Program-made: the position numbers and the translations under genes | In this document: one piece after another, positions 39,871 through 52,606 of the stretch | Layout: every line of letters begins with the position of its first letter | How positions within the stretch are numbered: the first letter of the stretch is position 1 | From: Marsupella aquatica | Taxonomy: Eukaryota > Plantae > Marchantiophyta | DNA length: 64,000 nt | Direction of reading: 5' to 3' | Assembly: GCA_973895155.1 (NCBI GenBank) | Contig: OZ316891.1 | Span: 14,167,037-14,231,036 of the forward strand | Notes under the pieces: model-generated | Told to the model about the DNA's origin: nothing | Database searches by the model: none | The model's input: only the letters and a program-made list of their open reading frames with translations

Positions 39871-41417
39871 AACAAACCTCAAAGCCATCATAGATGAGCC
39901 CCAAGATGAGTTCATGCAGGGAGGCACACCGCTCATTATGAGTGTCGCTACTAGCCTTTGTACTGAATTCTAAGCCAGGCTGATAATGCACCATATTCTT
40001 CAAATCAGTGGGTGATGGGTGCAAAACCTGGCTCATTTTTAAAAAAAAATTTGTTGAACATAGAGCTCGTTCTCTCCTCTCTTCAAATGGCAATTTTGGG
40101 GAGGCTTAAAAGTGGGAACATGATGCAATTTGTTCCAGTTCTTGAAAAGATTGTTCTAACACTCGCCTCTTGAGTTGGGGCGGATGGATGGCTGAATTGA
40201 TAATTTTCTTTCTCCTCTAAATTTAATTCAACTATCCTTTCTATTGCATTGGCATGGGCCCTAGCCAGGTTTCCTTTTGGGCAGGTGACATTTATGTGTA
40301 GTTCAGAAGCCTCTGCTTAGCAAAATTCCGTACTTGTCTTTTGGCGTCACATTATGGCCATTGATGTATGGACTATCAACTCTGGACCAATGATTTCTGT
40401 GCAGAACTCACTAACACTTGCTCCAAATGTCTTTGCATCATTTGCAAGCCCTTTCACTTGCTAGAAAATGTGCAAAAAAAATACGCACATAAAGGAAGCA
40501 CTGGCCCACACTAGTGTGCAATGAAGTCTATGGTTCTTCCACTTTTACTGCAAACTAATAATTTTTTGTAAGTTACAAAATTATTCCATACATACATTAC
40601 TCCACGTTGTACCAGGGTCCTGGTGGGTACATGTATCCTGAAAGTAGACCAGATTCAATGTTCGTGACATGAACCGTTTGGGATCCCCCCAAGCCCAAAA
40701 CCTGTCCACATACAGATTGTAGCACGCAACTCTGCACCTTTGGGGTAACTCCAGGAGGTTCAACTCTAAACCTATAGCAAACAACTAACTGATAGCTTTT
40801 GATACCTGCATCGATTTTGACCTCATTAAATGTACGTGAAGGTCTGTTAGATGGCCCAGTCGTACCTGGTAGAGTCCAGATGCACTGAACATTGGTGTCG
40901 CAACATTCTAATGATAGGGCGGGAAGTTAACTGCAGTACTATTAACAGCTACAAATGGGAGTTTTAACTCTAACCAGGTTCAACAACTTACAAAATACGG
41001 TAATCTAATCTACAATTGGCGATTTGGCTCTTGAGTATACCATAGTGTTATTTTAGGTCTCAGCAATAACTTGTAATATTAGAATATCGGGATGGCATTA
41101 CCATATGTCAGGTACAATTTTTGTTTAGGACTGTGGTGAGGGGAGACCCAAAGAACGCTCCTGAGAACCCTATCCAGGGCTTCCCCCTTGTCTAACAGTT
41201 GTCTTGATGGCAAGACAATTGTGTTGCTTTTCTCTTGTATTGACTTGCCAGGCTTATGGTTTGGTGTTGTGAATGTTCCTTGCCTGAGTGCATCGGCCAG
41301 TTTCATGGCTTTATAGTGTGGGCGGGCTTCATATCAATTCCTATAAGATAATTATGGCAAAAACAAAGTTACATTGCGAAATACTGCTATGGCCTTCTTT
41401 GCTTGAGAATTTGTTAC

Positions 41418-41650
41418 ACTAGCCTGATTACAGGTCCTTGAACAAAATAGATATGAAAAAAACAATCTTCCATAATAAAATTTCTGTGCCCCATCCTTGT
41501 TTTTTTTCCATCCTCGTTTCAATTTTGTCTTTATTTGGAATCAATATCATTTTTGTCTATCCTCATTGTTTTCTTTAATTGAGACTCATGATCACTTTTG
41601 TCTGTTCAGGGTTAAGGTCTAGAGGCTTCACTCTAGACCCTAGGCCCTTA
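41418..41650 (-). mobile_element. Unclassified ~230-bp dispersed element (hairpin-end family), best-preserved copy
   Basis: Reverse strand reads AAGGGCCTAGGGTCTAGAGTGAAGCCTCTAGAC...AAATAAAGACAAAA...GTTCAAGGACCTGTAATCAGGCTAGT and aligns by eye end to end with 46141-46369. Confidence 0.7.
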
Positions 41651-42288
41651 AGTAAGACTTTGTTCACGCTTTTATAATAAGATTTTGAAGTGGCCTGATA
41701 GGTCCTAAGCTTTGCTTTTCCGGGTGGCTTGAAATTGATACCACCTACCATTTGATTTTTGGATGGCGTTTACTTATGTATGAAGAGCCAATCCCACACC
41801 ATGCAAGAGGCAGAGCTCACTTCCTTATATAAAAGGCCATGCCACCCACTTCTAAATGAGATAAGACTGAGCTACCAACATTTTTTACTCCGTTGACATT
41901 TTTTCCTAACCATGAGATGGGCCTGAAGGTGTTACTCACCTTTTCCACCTCCCAGTTCCAAAATATGGGAAGAAAAAAATATATCTATTGTTTTATCTAT
42001 TGCTACGCGGTGGATGAATCGCTATACGCTCTGTTCATGGCTCGCATTCCAGGAACCCATCACTCTCTCTGCAGCTTGCACACTTCTTGAAATCCAGTTA
42101 ACAAGCCGACTGGCCAACTCCCCACAATCCCGCACTGTCCCAACTGCTTTGCTATCTCACTCATGCTTGCCAACACTTCCAATCAACATCACTTGCTTTT
42201 GGAAAAACTCTACAAAGCATGGGCATTGGGCTAGTACAACATAAGAAACCTAGTAAAAAAGTTACCCAACACCTCCATAGACAAGCTT

Positions 42289-42311
42289 TAGAGAGAGAGA
42301 GAGAGAGAGAG
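42289..42311. repeat. (GA)n microsatellite
   Basis: About 11 uninterrupted GA units. Confidence 0.9.
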
Positions 42312-45300
42312 ACTTGTACACTCTTTGAAATCCAGTTTCGGGGTGGATTGATCACCCTACAACAGCCAAATTTTACCCTGGCCATCTCAAATCGTGATCG
42401 AGAACATTTTTACTCAAGAATGCTCCACAGAGCACGGACATTAGGATAAGAACAAATCTTAACCCAAGGATTTGAGATAAGATTTTGGCTCCACTGTAGG
42501 TTGGAGAGTCCCGAGGAGCACCCTCGACGAGGTTGAGAGGGACTGAGGGAGAGAACGAGAGAACGAGAGAGAGGCCGAGAAGTGCTGAACAGTTCAATCA
42601 ACAGCTTTGGACAAACAGCATGGAACCCGGGAAAGAATGGAATGATACCAGACGGATGTCTCACCGTATCTGTGGAGCAGGCAGGCAGGCAGGCAGTCAG
42701 TCAGTCAGTCAGTCACGACTACGGTCGTCCATGGAGACACGACTGCGGTGGTTGATGAATGATGACAGGATGCGGGTCGGAGAAAGACATTCTGTCCTCA
42801 ATACTTCTACGCGGAAACTAGACGCTGCGCCAACGCGAACAGAAAGAGAATGATGCGGCGAAGATGGGGACCAGATGGCACGCCCGACACTGTGTCTCAC
42901 CTACAGGTATATCTCTTCCATCATTATTCAGACATTGTTCAGGACAGGACTGGCATACGCTCACCAAACTGGACAAGCGCCGATAAATCTGCAGTCCACT
43001 GCATGGTGCTGGACCAGAACTTACTACAGACTACTGTGGAAGTTGACGCTTCATCGTACCTGATCTGTCACGGGCACAGTCATCAGGCCTAATCGGTTCG
43101 TCAATCCGCTTTTGGAGGTCACCTAAAACTCCTTGATGGATCAAAATTTCGGTCTCGCCGGGAGATGGACTTTTCACTGGACTATTTTTATTCCGTCGAC
43201 GAGGTGGACTTCGGGGAGCAGCTTTACAATTTTTACAATAATTGTATCCATGGCTGCAGTGTCGATCCGTATTCTACGCGAGACCCTTCGTCGTCGATCG
43301 CGCTCACATAACAGGCCTTGTGCAACTCAGCGGATTCTACGTTTGGTGTGAACACGAAGCAACGACATCTCCAATTGACATGAAAGGAAAAGGTCAAAGT
43401 GGAGAGAACTACACAGTAAACAAACACGACAGAGCGATCCATATTACTCCTGGACGATTGAAACGGTAAAATGTGCACCGTGGACGTGAAGTATGGAAGT
43501 TGGTAAGAGCCAAAGAGGCCTCGTCATGTCAAATTAGTAGGCTGGGAGGCTGGGATTAAAGGCGTGCCTTGAGCCTCTATCGCTACATGGAGCTACGATG
43601 CAAGTCCACGTGTGGATTTCCTTCCACAGCACCAGCAGCGGAGCATCGACTAATGACAGGTGGACTAACAGTAGTCAGTTAATATGTTTTCCTGGAGAGA
43701 GCTTGAAAACAAAGTTGTCGGGTTTCTGTAATCCATTATCGAATCCTTCATGCCTGAACAAAGAGAGGGGTTTATCCAGAGGTGGAAGGTTATCTACAGT
43801 GTTAGTACCATAAAGGTGTTAGTACCATAAAGGGAGCGTTGTCATATGTACTGAAGCTTCAACTTTAAACCGCGGTTGTGATCGACAAATTAATCCCTGT
43901 AGTGTGGGTCCCCACCAAGAGACAAACCGCATGGCACGAATTTCGGAGAAATTGCAGTCCACATGGGCCAACACTATCCATAGAAAGTAGACAAGAAAGT
44001 ACGTTCATACGGACGTTGAAACTAATCAAATGGGGGAGCCAAGATAAGCGTAGTCATTGTTTCCTGCTCCACGAGACCAGAGTCATCGGGGGAACGGTGC
44101 ACCTTCACATGGACCGAAACTATCCACTGAAAATGTACAAGAAAGTGTCTTCGTACGGTGGAATTTACAAAGTAATAAAATTAAGAACGAAGATAAAAAT
44201 AGAAAGTGACCTCGAACGAGGTTGAGTACTGCGTTGAGTTACTAGTCCGTAGTGAGGACTGCATTAACAAGAGCCAAGCGTCGAAGGTCTTCTCGCTAAA
44301 ATGTCATGAATTGACATATCATTCTAGCCGGGACCTCAAGTTGCTCGAAGTGTTTTGTGCGAGTACAATCGAGATCCAATGGTGGGTGCAAGGCCTCTAT
44401 CAGTGTCTTTGTATACAGCATACAGCAGCATACAGAGACCAAACTAAATCTTGTCCAGCCGGATTCCAGTTGCCTCGTTGTGAATTTGCCAAGCTTGGCA
44501 ATCAAGGTACCTCCCGGAGCAAAACACAAGAAGCACGAGAGCTATCTCAATTCACTCGCACTTTTTTCCCACTGGACCCCCGACTGGACCACATTCATGC
44601 ATGCAAACCCAGACACGTTCAAGAGCCAATCGAGTGACCTTTCAATTGGATATTTCAAGGCAGAAAAAATTAAAAAATAGAGTGTCTTTTCAGTTGCATT
44701 CGCTAGAATGTTCTTCCATCTCTGGCTGTGTCAGTGTTTCTTTCTTTGCTTTATATGAGAAAGAGATATATCTATATACATAACTTAGCGAAGGCACAAA
44801 CATAATACCAGTATGACACGAATCTATACCAGAAACGTCGCTCTGAAATTCTCAGGAAAAGCTGGAACAGAGGATGTAGGTTCAGGGCTCGTGAAGACTG
44901 TGATTCATAAGGATATGAGACAGATTTATTTCGTAATAAAACGTACATTCAGCACAAAACTGAGATTCAATAAATTACACCGAGAAGTGCATGGTAGGCG
45001 TTTATCCCCTCCCTCCTCATCCGGTCAAGATTACTTCCAGAGGACGTATCATGAAGCCCATAAGAATCCAAAAATGGACAACGGAGGCCCAATACAGTAC
45101 CTACACACGCCCAATCATGCCACCGAAAAAACCCACGAAAAGGCTGGCTTCCTCTGCAGCGAAAACCTCAAAATGCGACGCCATCTTTTCTTGCAATGCC
45201 ATCTATCTTTCTCGTTATCCAGACTACTTTGGTCACGTCGCTAGACACCTTGCAGTAAGAGGCAGAAAAGCAAAAAGTGTCTCAGAAACTGGATAACAGG

Positions 45301-46140
45301 AATCCTATTCAGCAACAACGGGAGGCACTTTGTAACTGGTAGTCCACGTCAGTAAAGACATCCCTGAGCCAATGATTTTGAGCGGGTGACTGTGGTAACC
45401 TTTCCCCGAATCCCGATGCCAGGAGCACTCTCCGTCTATCCACGTGTCACCGTACTGTCTCTGATCAGGTGACTGGGCCAGTCCTAATTTTTAAGCTATT
45501 TTCTCTTTAGCCAAGTTTGGCCAATATCACCTTGTGTGTGAACGAGAAGATGCTAGGAATGTTCCTTGTCTAATTTTCTAGATTAAGTTTTGACGTTAGA
45601 TCTCCCAAGACTTATAGGCACTTTACTAGAAGGCCATGGCAATAAGAGGCATTTTTACCAGGGCTGAGACTGAATGCTAGACTCGATGCCAGGCTTAACC
45701 AAGACAAAAAAACCTGAAAAGTATTGTGGACTTCTTCTAAAGAGAATTCTGCCCTGCACTTGCTACTTCATTAGGGCGTTCTAGAAATGCCAACTGATTT
45801 GAGTACTGTTAGATTCTGTTAGATTGGGTCTGTGGAGATGAGAAAATGGCTTCCAAGATAGGAAAACTACTGTAGCTAATGCTAGTCTCAAGTGACCAAG
45901 AGTTTTTCTGGTAAATTGCACATCAAAATGCATTTAGTGAGTCAATTGGCATGTACTCATAGGTTGGATGGATTTTCCACACAACTCATTTGTTATATCA
46001 CTGAGTGTTATTTCTGCAACATATCTGGTCCTGCTCCTGTTTAGGGTTTTTGCAAGCTGCAAGGCCATGCTTTGGCAAGTCAATTGCTGAGGTCCAGCGG
46101 TGTAATTTTACCAATAATTTGCAAAGAGAAGCTACTTTTA

Positions 46141-46369
46141 AGGCCTATGGTCTAGAGTGCAGCCTCTAGACTGTAATGATAATGAATCTTAATAAGGACA
46201 AAATGAGGATGGACAAAAGCGACATTGACTGTAAATAAAGACAAAACTGAAATGAGGGTGGACAAAAGAGGAATGGGGCAAAACCAAACAGAAATAGCAT
46301 AAAAGAAAACTTTGCAAGATTATTTTTATGCATATCTATTTATGTTCAAGGAACGGGTAATTGGGCTAG
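46141..46369 (+). mobile_element. Unclassified ~230-bp dispersed element (hairpin-end family)
   Basis: AGGCCTATGGTCTAGAGTGCAGCCTCTAGAC...TAAATAAAGACAAAA...GTTCAAGGAACGGGTAATTGGGCTAGT; homologous to 41418-41650, 26064-26256 and 61039-61227. Confidence 0.7.
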
Positions 46370-46984
46370 TGTTATGAAAAGAGGGAGTACTTTGAGAGGT
46401 CACAGTCCAAGACAAAAGTAGACTCTGTACTCATGCCTCCTCGTTGTTGTTGTTTCAAGTATTTTTATATCTACTTTCAACGAAAGAATTGCTAATATAA
46501 CCTGAAGTAGTTAGGACTTTACACAAATGGTTACAACAGTTGCTCAATGTTTGCAGCACAGATAGCAAAACAAGATGGCAGATACCTAGTCTAAACCAAA
46601 AGGAAAGTCACTTGTGCTATTGGCATCTACCCCTCATTTTTCAATCTTTCAGGTAAAATCTGTTATCCAAGTAATTTGTATGATTTAGAAAAGTTGATCT
46701 AAGCATGTCAACAAACTTTGAGGTCCCTCCAGGCCTTTTTCGGCCAAATTCCATACTCATTGATTGAATACACGAAGTTCAAGAAGAAGTGATCTTATAG
46801 CATTTCTATTCAGTAGGAATAGATCCCACGAGAACCATGGAGACATGATGGCAACACAATTGAATTATGCCGTACAGTCACATTTTAAGAACAGGCTAAC
46901 TTTCCTCCCTAGATACCGTTTCAGGCAATTGTTGTCGAGGTGGGGGTAGCTTCTCGTGGGTTGTCTTGGGAGTTTCAATATATT

Positions 46985-47312
46985 CAGAAACAACTATGTC
47001 CAGAACATTGCAACATTTTTCATTTCTCTTACATAATAGCCCCTGGTTGTGTTTGGACTTCTCTGTCAGTGACTATATTAAGAAGACAACTATGTGCAGA
47101 ACGTTACAACATCTTTAATTTCTCTCACATAATAGCCCCTGGTCATATTGGGACTGCTCTGTCGCTGACTATATTAAGAAAACAACTATGTGCAGAACTT
47201 TGCAACATCTTTCATTTGTCTCAAGACAGCCCCAGGTTGTGTTAACACTGCTCTGTCACTGGCTATTTTAAAATTTAAAGCCAACTATGTGCTGGATATT
47301 GTAACATCTGGC
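46985..47312. repeat. Tandem repeat, ~96 bp x 3.3
   Basis: CAACTATGT at 46991, 47087, 47183 and 47282, with shared CAACAT, AGCCCC and CTCTGTC blocks; a further degenerate fragment at ~47480-47540. Confidence 0.9.
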
Positions 47313-48362
47313 ATGTTTTTTAGTAGCCTGATTGCCTAAGCTTTGCTTAGGCCCACGATTGCCTTTACCATGTGTTGCTTCATCCTGAAAGTTGCCGCCA
47401 CCCAGTCCTGGTCTAGAAACTGCACTCTAGACCATAGGTTCAAAGTGTAAATTTTGATTGCAAATTATTAGCTCAATATAATATCCCTTGTTGTGTTTCG
47501 GGCTCTGTCACTGAATATTTTAGGGAAATTTGCAACATCGTTCAGTTCTATATATGACTATTATAAGTATCGTCATGTAAACATTGACCTTTCAGAGTAT
47601 GCATCTTTTAAAAAAATTTAGAAGGGTAGCAGGAGAGTAATGTTTTGTTTATGCATTATTTCCCGGAATAAAAATAATTAATATTCATGCACTTCTTATC
47701 CGAACCTGAATAGCGCTTGCACAATTTAAAAAAAAAAAAACTTTCCATGCAGGTGAAAAACATTACCTTGTTTGAACAAGGAAATGCTATGAACGATCTT
47801 ATCTAGTTTTCCTAGATTAGATTCTGATGGTTCAGATCCTCCTAGATTTAACAATTCATTTTGTTCGAGGGCATGTTATTCATATTGGATAGTTCTGGGG
47901 TTAGGTTAGTAAAAAACTATAGGTTATTATTGCAGAATTGAGACCCTAATGGAAAGTAAGTTCATAGTGCACTTCTAGTAACCAGCTGATTCTGGCTGAT
48001 GGGATGTGTGGCTAGATGAGAAATTGACTAATAGAAGACAACGAATTAGCTCATTTTGCCAATAATAGAGAAGACTTTTAGAGAGGTGAAATCTAGCAGG
48101 TTTTTCCCACTCAAAGCAAACTCAGGATGGCTGCACTATGCTTGGATCATGTAGCAAGTGTAAGGAAACTCATGCAAAAACTTTTCTTTCTAGTTTTCAG
48201 TGATCTTCAGGGCATTTCTGGAGAATGAACAATTGGATCAGCTCAGTATAAAAACTCTACTCTAATATTAGTAGAAATAAAAACCTCCTTGAAGTGCATG
48301 AAGGTACTGCAACAGGAGCGTTATGGCACACAATGCACTCTAACCAATACGTTACTGTTTAC

Positions 48363-48630
48363 ATACATGTCACCTGGAAGTCCGTGCCAACAGTGCATGA
48401 GCAGGAGGCCTAACGTCCAGGCGCCCACAATATGCATGTCATGCGCTTGGGTGAATTCCAGTAAGCACCGATGGACCTGCTTTGGAGCGATGCACCATAC
48501 ATGTCACTTGGAAGTCAGTGCCTACAGTAAGCTGATGACGAGGCCTTACGTCCAGGTGCCGCCTGTATGCATGCGTTTGGATGAACTCCACTACTCCAGT
48601 AACTACCGATGTGGCTACTTAGGGTGCATC
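48363..48630. repeat. Diverged tandem duplication, ~134 bp x 2
   Basis: ATACATGTCAC.TGGAAGTC.GTGCC.ACAGT...GAGGCCT.ACGTCCAGG.GCC...TCCAGTAA..ACCGATG occurs twice. Confidence 0.85.
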
Positions 48631-48756
48631 GTGCATGTCCTTCGTCCAATTGTCCAGCCTTATTAGGGAAATACGGTATTATGGTAGTGTGAATCAAGCG
48701 TGGGGGAAGCGGGTACAGTACTTGAGTGTGTATGCCCTTGGTATGGCCTTACACGA

Positions 48757-48882
48757 GGTAACTGCACATCAAAAATAACATGTAAGGTGTAGAATATCAC
48801 TCTATACCATGATAAATATTGTTATTTTCTTTAGATCAATGAGTGCACCTTATATAGTACCACATTTTGATGTGTGATTATG
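48757..48882. mobile_element. MITE-like element, ~126 bp (family with 36322-36450)
   Basis: GGTAACTGCACATCAAAAT ... ATCACTC..CATGATAAA..TTGTTATTTT..AATGAGTGCAC ... CACATTTTGATGTGTGATTAT. Confidence 0.7.
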
Positions 48883-49029
48883 GGCAGAGGCCTTACGTAG
48901 CACAATCCATTTTTCCCTATGGGTATTCTCACGGCAATCCACTATCATGTTTGGAAGGATGCAACCAAAAAAATGTGCGGCACTCATTGAGTCTAGCCTG
49001 CAAACTTGTGTAGTGGGGTTAGACAATTA

Positions 49030-50351
49030 TAATATACACACACTTTTTATAGAAAGGGACCAAACACTGTACACAAGAACAAACAAAAGAGGGTCCAAGT
49101 GGACAAAACCAAACCTAAAAGAAGTGAACAAAAGGGAACCTCAAAACACCGAAAAAGAGGAACTAAAAGTAAGAAATGAGCAATAGGGAACCCCTAAAAA
49201 CCAAGAAAGAGGGACTAAAACTAACCCAACCGGACCGAGGTCCACATCATTCGTAGCAAATGTGACAAAAAGCTAATGGTCCACATCAAGGGTCAAAACT
49301 AGATCGGCAAGTGGGATTGGAACATCCTCTAAGGGAGCTAGCTGCTGCGGAGGCACACTAGCACCCACTGTAAGAGATCGACGATAGATGGCCCGAGCTT
49401 GAGCACGTGTAAGGTGACTGAAATGCGTTGGCGAAAGTGCGTGGTCAAAACAGATAGCGGGGGTCCGGTGGGACCCATTCGGCCATGAACATCCCGGGCA
49501 GCTTACCGAAGAAGCCCATCAAACTGAGGATGAAGACGCCCGAAGAGCTCCAGAGCAAGGGGGAGGAAGCTATCGGATGAAGCTCGTGCAGCATATTTGG
49601 CCTCCTTCGTTGTTGCCGCACGTGATGCTGCTGCCCCTGCCGTTGTTGCCGCTGTCCCAAGGATGTCTTGGCGCAATGGGTTTGCCACCACTACATCTGC
49701 CAAAGTACGTTGACCCTCACGGACCATAGTAAGATCCACCCGTAACCGGATGGAGGACCAGGTAACTCGAGTACCACCTCCCGCCGCACGCATACCAAAG
49801 AGCCAGAGAGAACCTGAGCAGTCGCATCGCGCACCGCGTCGTGAACAGTAATGGTTTCACCTCCCAAACTGCACCGAAGAAGATGGACACCTGTGGCATC
49901 ACAAGGCTTCCCACAAGTGCAAGAAGGAGGTAAACCTGCAAGAAGTGGGTGGGGCAGCCCCATACGAAGACGCATGGCTGTGGAGAACTCCGCTGAAGAC
50001 ATCCGCAAATGAGGAATGACTGGATTGGCCTGAAGCCATCCTCCTGCGCCCTTCCCTCCGGAAAAAAGAATCCGAGCTCGGTCTGTGTCAGGTGCCTCGG
50101 AGAGGATGCTGGAAAGGGTGAAAGCGTGCATACGCCCAGCGAGGTCTGCCTGAAGACGGACGGGATCCAAGGATAAAAACTCCTGAAAAGAAGGTAACGC
50201 AGCGCGAACGGGATCTGGTAATGATGACCGCGCCGCGCGCAAATGAACCTGAAACGGGAGGGAACCCTCCTCTACCTCCATGAGAGATGAAAGTAAAAAA
50301 GGGGCGATCCTCAGTAAGGAAACGATCGGCCAACAACGCACGGCGATCCTC
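49030..50351 (-). mobile_element. 5'-truncated, frameshifted non-LTR retrotransposon, CRE-like RLE type, copy 2
   Basis: ORFs 49691..50341 and 49503..49793 give GAGGWLQANP..LRMS..F..AMRLRMGLP, the knuckle CTCGKPCDATGVHLLRC and the same RLE motifs. Relative to copy 1 there is a 4-nt deletion near 49749, a CAA-to-TAA stop at 49503-49505 and a 1-nt deletion near 49407. The 3' UTR is shared. Confidence 0.87.
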
Positions 50352-52606
50352 TTTCGTGCTTGTCACTTTCCCCCATAATGGCCTGGACCTAAAACAATGA
50401 AACTCAAATGGTTTTTGCATTAGTGAAACTCACTAGGGGCCCACCTCATGGGTAGTGGCCCTATCCCACAGAAGAGTGAAATGGATCCTTATTTGAGAGA
50501 CCCCCTATTAGTCACTCCTCGAAAGCCACAAGGCAGGATGAACCGTGAAGAATGCAATGTGAATAAGTGCATTTCGTGGATAAGGACAGGCCTACCATGG
50601 AGTCCTCTAATATTACAGTGATTTTTGTTGTAGATGCATCCAAAAATGCAGTTTGCATAAGTACAGGAAAAGCCTCACCAAATGACAAATGGCTTCCAGT
50701 TAATTCATTTACTCTCCACTCAGTGGTAAATGGAATGGTGATACCCTGTCATGGAAGGTTTCATCAGCAGATACGGGAGCAATTATTTTTCTTATTAGGA
50801 TCATGCAGCCAGACTGTGTAGATTAAAACTCATTGTTAACATTGTATTCATTGGTATTAGATAAACTTCAACATAGCCAGATTTTCGCAAGTACTACCCT
50901 GGAGATTGCAAACTTCAAATTTCTCTCTCATTCCTTGAAAATCTAGCTATATTGGGGGCAAGAAAAAAGTCTGAATTGCTTGCTCATCTCTCCAGAAAAA
51001 CTTCCATGCTTGGAAGCTTAGAAACTCTCAAAAATGCTCAGGCTAGCCCCCAGCAGTTTTGGGGCTGCAGTAGACTGATTCTGTTCCAACAGACTTGTCT
51101 ACTAAATCGCAGCCAGTTTACACGTCAGGTATAAGTGAGTTCAAGACCCTCAAAAAAGGTTCCATAGAGCTTTCTAATGACCCCAAATTTGCTGCATTTT
51201 GTGAAGTTGTAAGGAGACTACCAACTTCCAAATTTTGTTGCTACTCCTTCATAGTCTGGCTATGTGCCTTTGCAAGAAAGCAGTCATGCATGGGATATTA
51301 AGCTTCCTGTGTACATAGTAGTGCTCTACCACTTAGCTACATGCCCTTTGAACTGCCATGGAACATATTCATTTGTCCTTGGCTTGGTGACGACCAGGCC
51401 AACAACAGCAGACAAAACCAGAGCAAACAAAACCAGAGCAATCACAGGAAACGACTGGGCAGGGATTGTGACAGATATTGTTTCCACCCGTCAGCACAGG
51501 AACAGTAGGACTACCAACAACATATGCCTAGGTCTGTGATTGAGTTCCCCTTTCGGCCCTTGGTGGACTACGTGACCTTTGGCCATTTGGACTTGTTGGC
51601 CCGATTGAGGGTGTTGGTTTGGTTTTGGGGGGGGGGGGGGGGGTTGTTGTTTGCCTTGGGGGGGGGGGGTAGATGTAAAGTGGTTTGCTGGCTTACACAG
51701 TCCATGTGAATTGCAAATTTCCACTTCATGGTTTTTTGGTCTTGAACATTACCCCAAAAAATAACATTACAAGTGGAGTGTAGCTTGGATAGGCGGATGG
51801 GACCCAACATATGTTTATTTCAGATGGGTACATGGATAGATCTGGCTGTGTTAAAAACATAATGTTTTGATGAAAGGTCAAAATTGGTGCACACACTTTT
51901 TTATTGGGGATAGGGCATTATAGTGGTAAAAATGGAGGAGGGAGGAACAGTTTATATGCATGGATGGCTTCCTATGCATGGATGGTACCGAAAAGACTTC
52001 GTCATGGCAGCCCACTTTTCGTGCTTGGAAAATAGTGTCACTTTTTCCCTTCACACTAAATGTCATTAATTTTTTGTTTATTCCTTCTCTTTGTCAGATT
52101 GTTTACTTTTGGGGCCCTGCAAATTCAAAAGACTACCACTCTATAAAAGAGAGGGACCTTATATCATAGTTCTTGATTGATGATAACAATCGCATTATGT
52201 GCCATGCATAAAATCATCATCGGTTCAAATTTTGAAGGTTATTGGCTGAACTGGAAGTTCAAAAGTTGGCATGGGACCTTGCATGGGGCGACTCATCCCC
52301 AAATAGCTTATCCGGAAAACGTGCAAAAACTTCATTTAATCCAATTTTGAGCTAATTTCCAATAAGACAATACCACCTCTTATATGGTGTGCCTGTTTAA
52401 TGAGTAGTTTTTTCCAAGGGCGGTTCATAGGGACACACCATGCATCAATATGGGATTGGCCCACTTGTCAACTGAAGATGTGATTGGTACAAAGTCACAT
52501 GGAAAACTTGGGGGTCTCAGTATATGTAGCCTGCCACATCACCAGACATTTTTAGGTTTCATAGACCCTAAAACTTAGGAGAGAAAATCTTTGAAATTAA
52601 GCAACT

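Noticed and set aside
43060-43090. Hammerhead ribozyme core on the minus strand (CTGATGA plus short stem)
   Set aside because: The required GAAA after stem II is absent; other CTGANGA sites checked (~10909, ~18937, ~48532) also lack a complete core.
43878-45296. Several 100-143-aa ORFs
   Set aside because: No recognisable motifs, mutually overlapping frames and no consistent exon chain.
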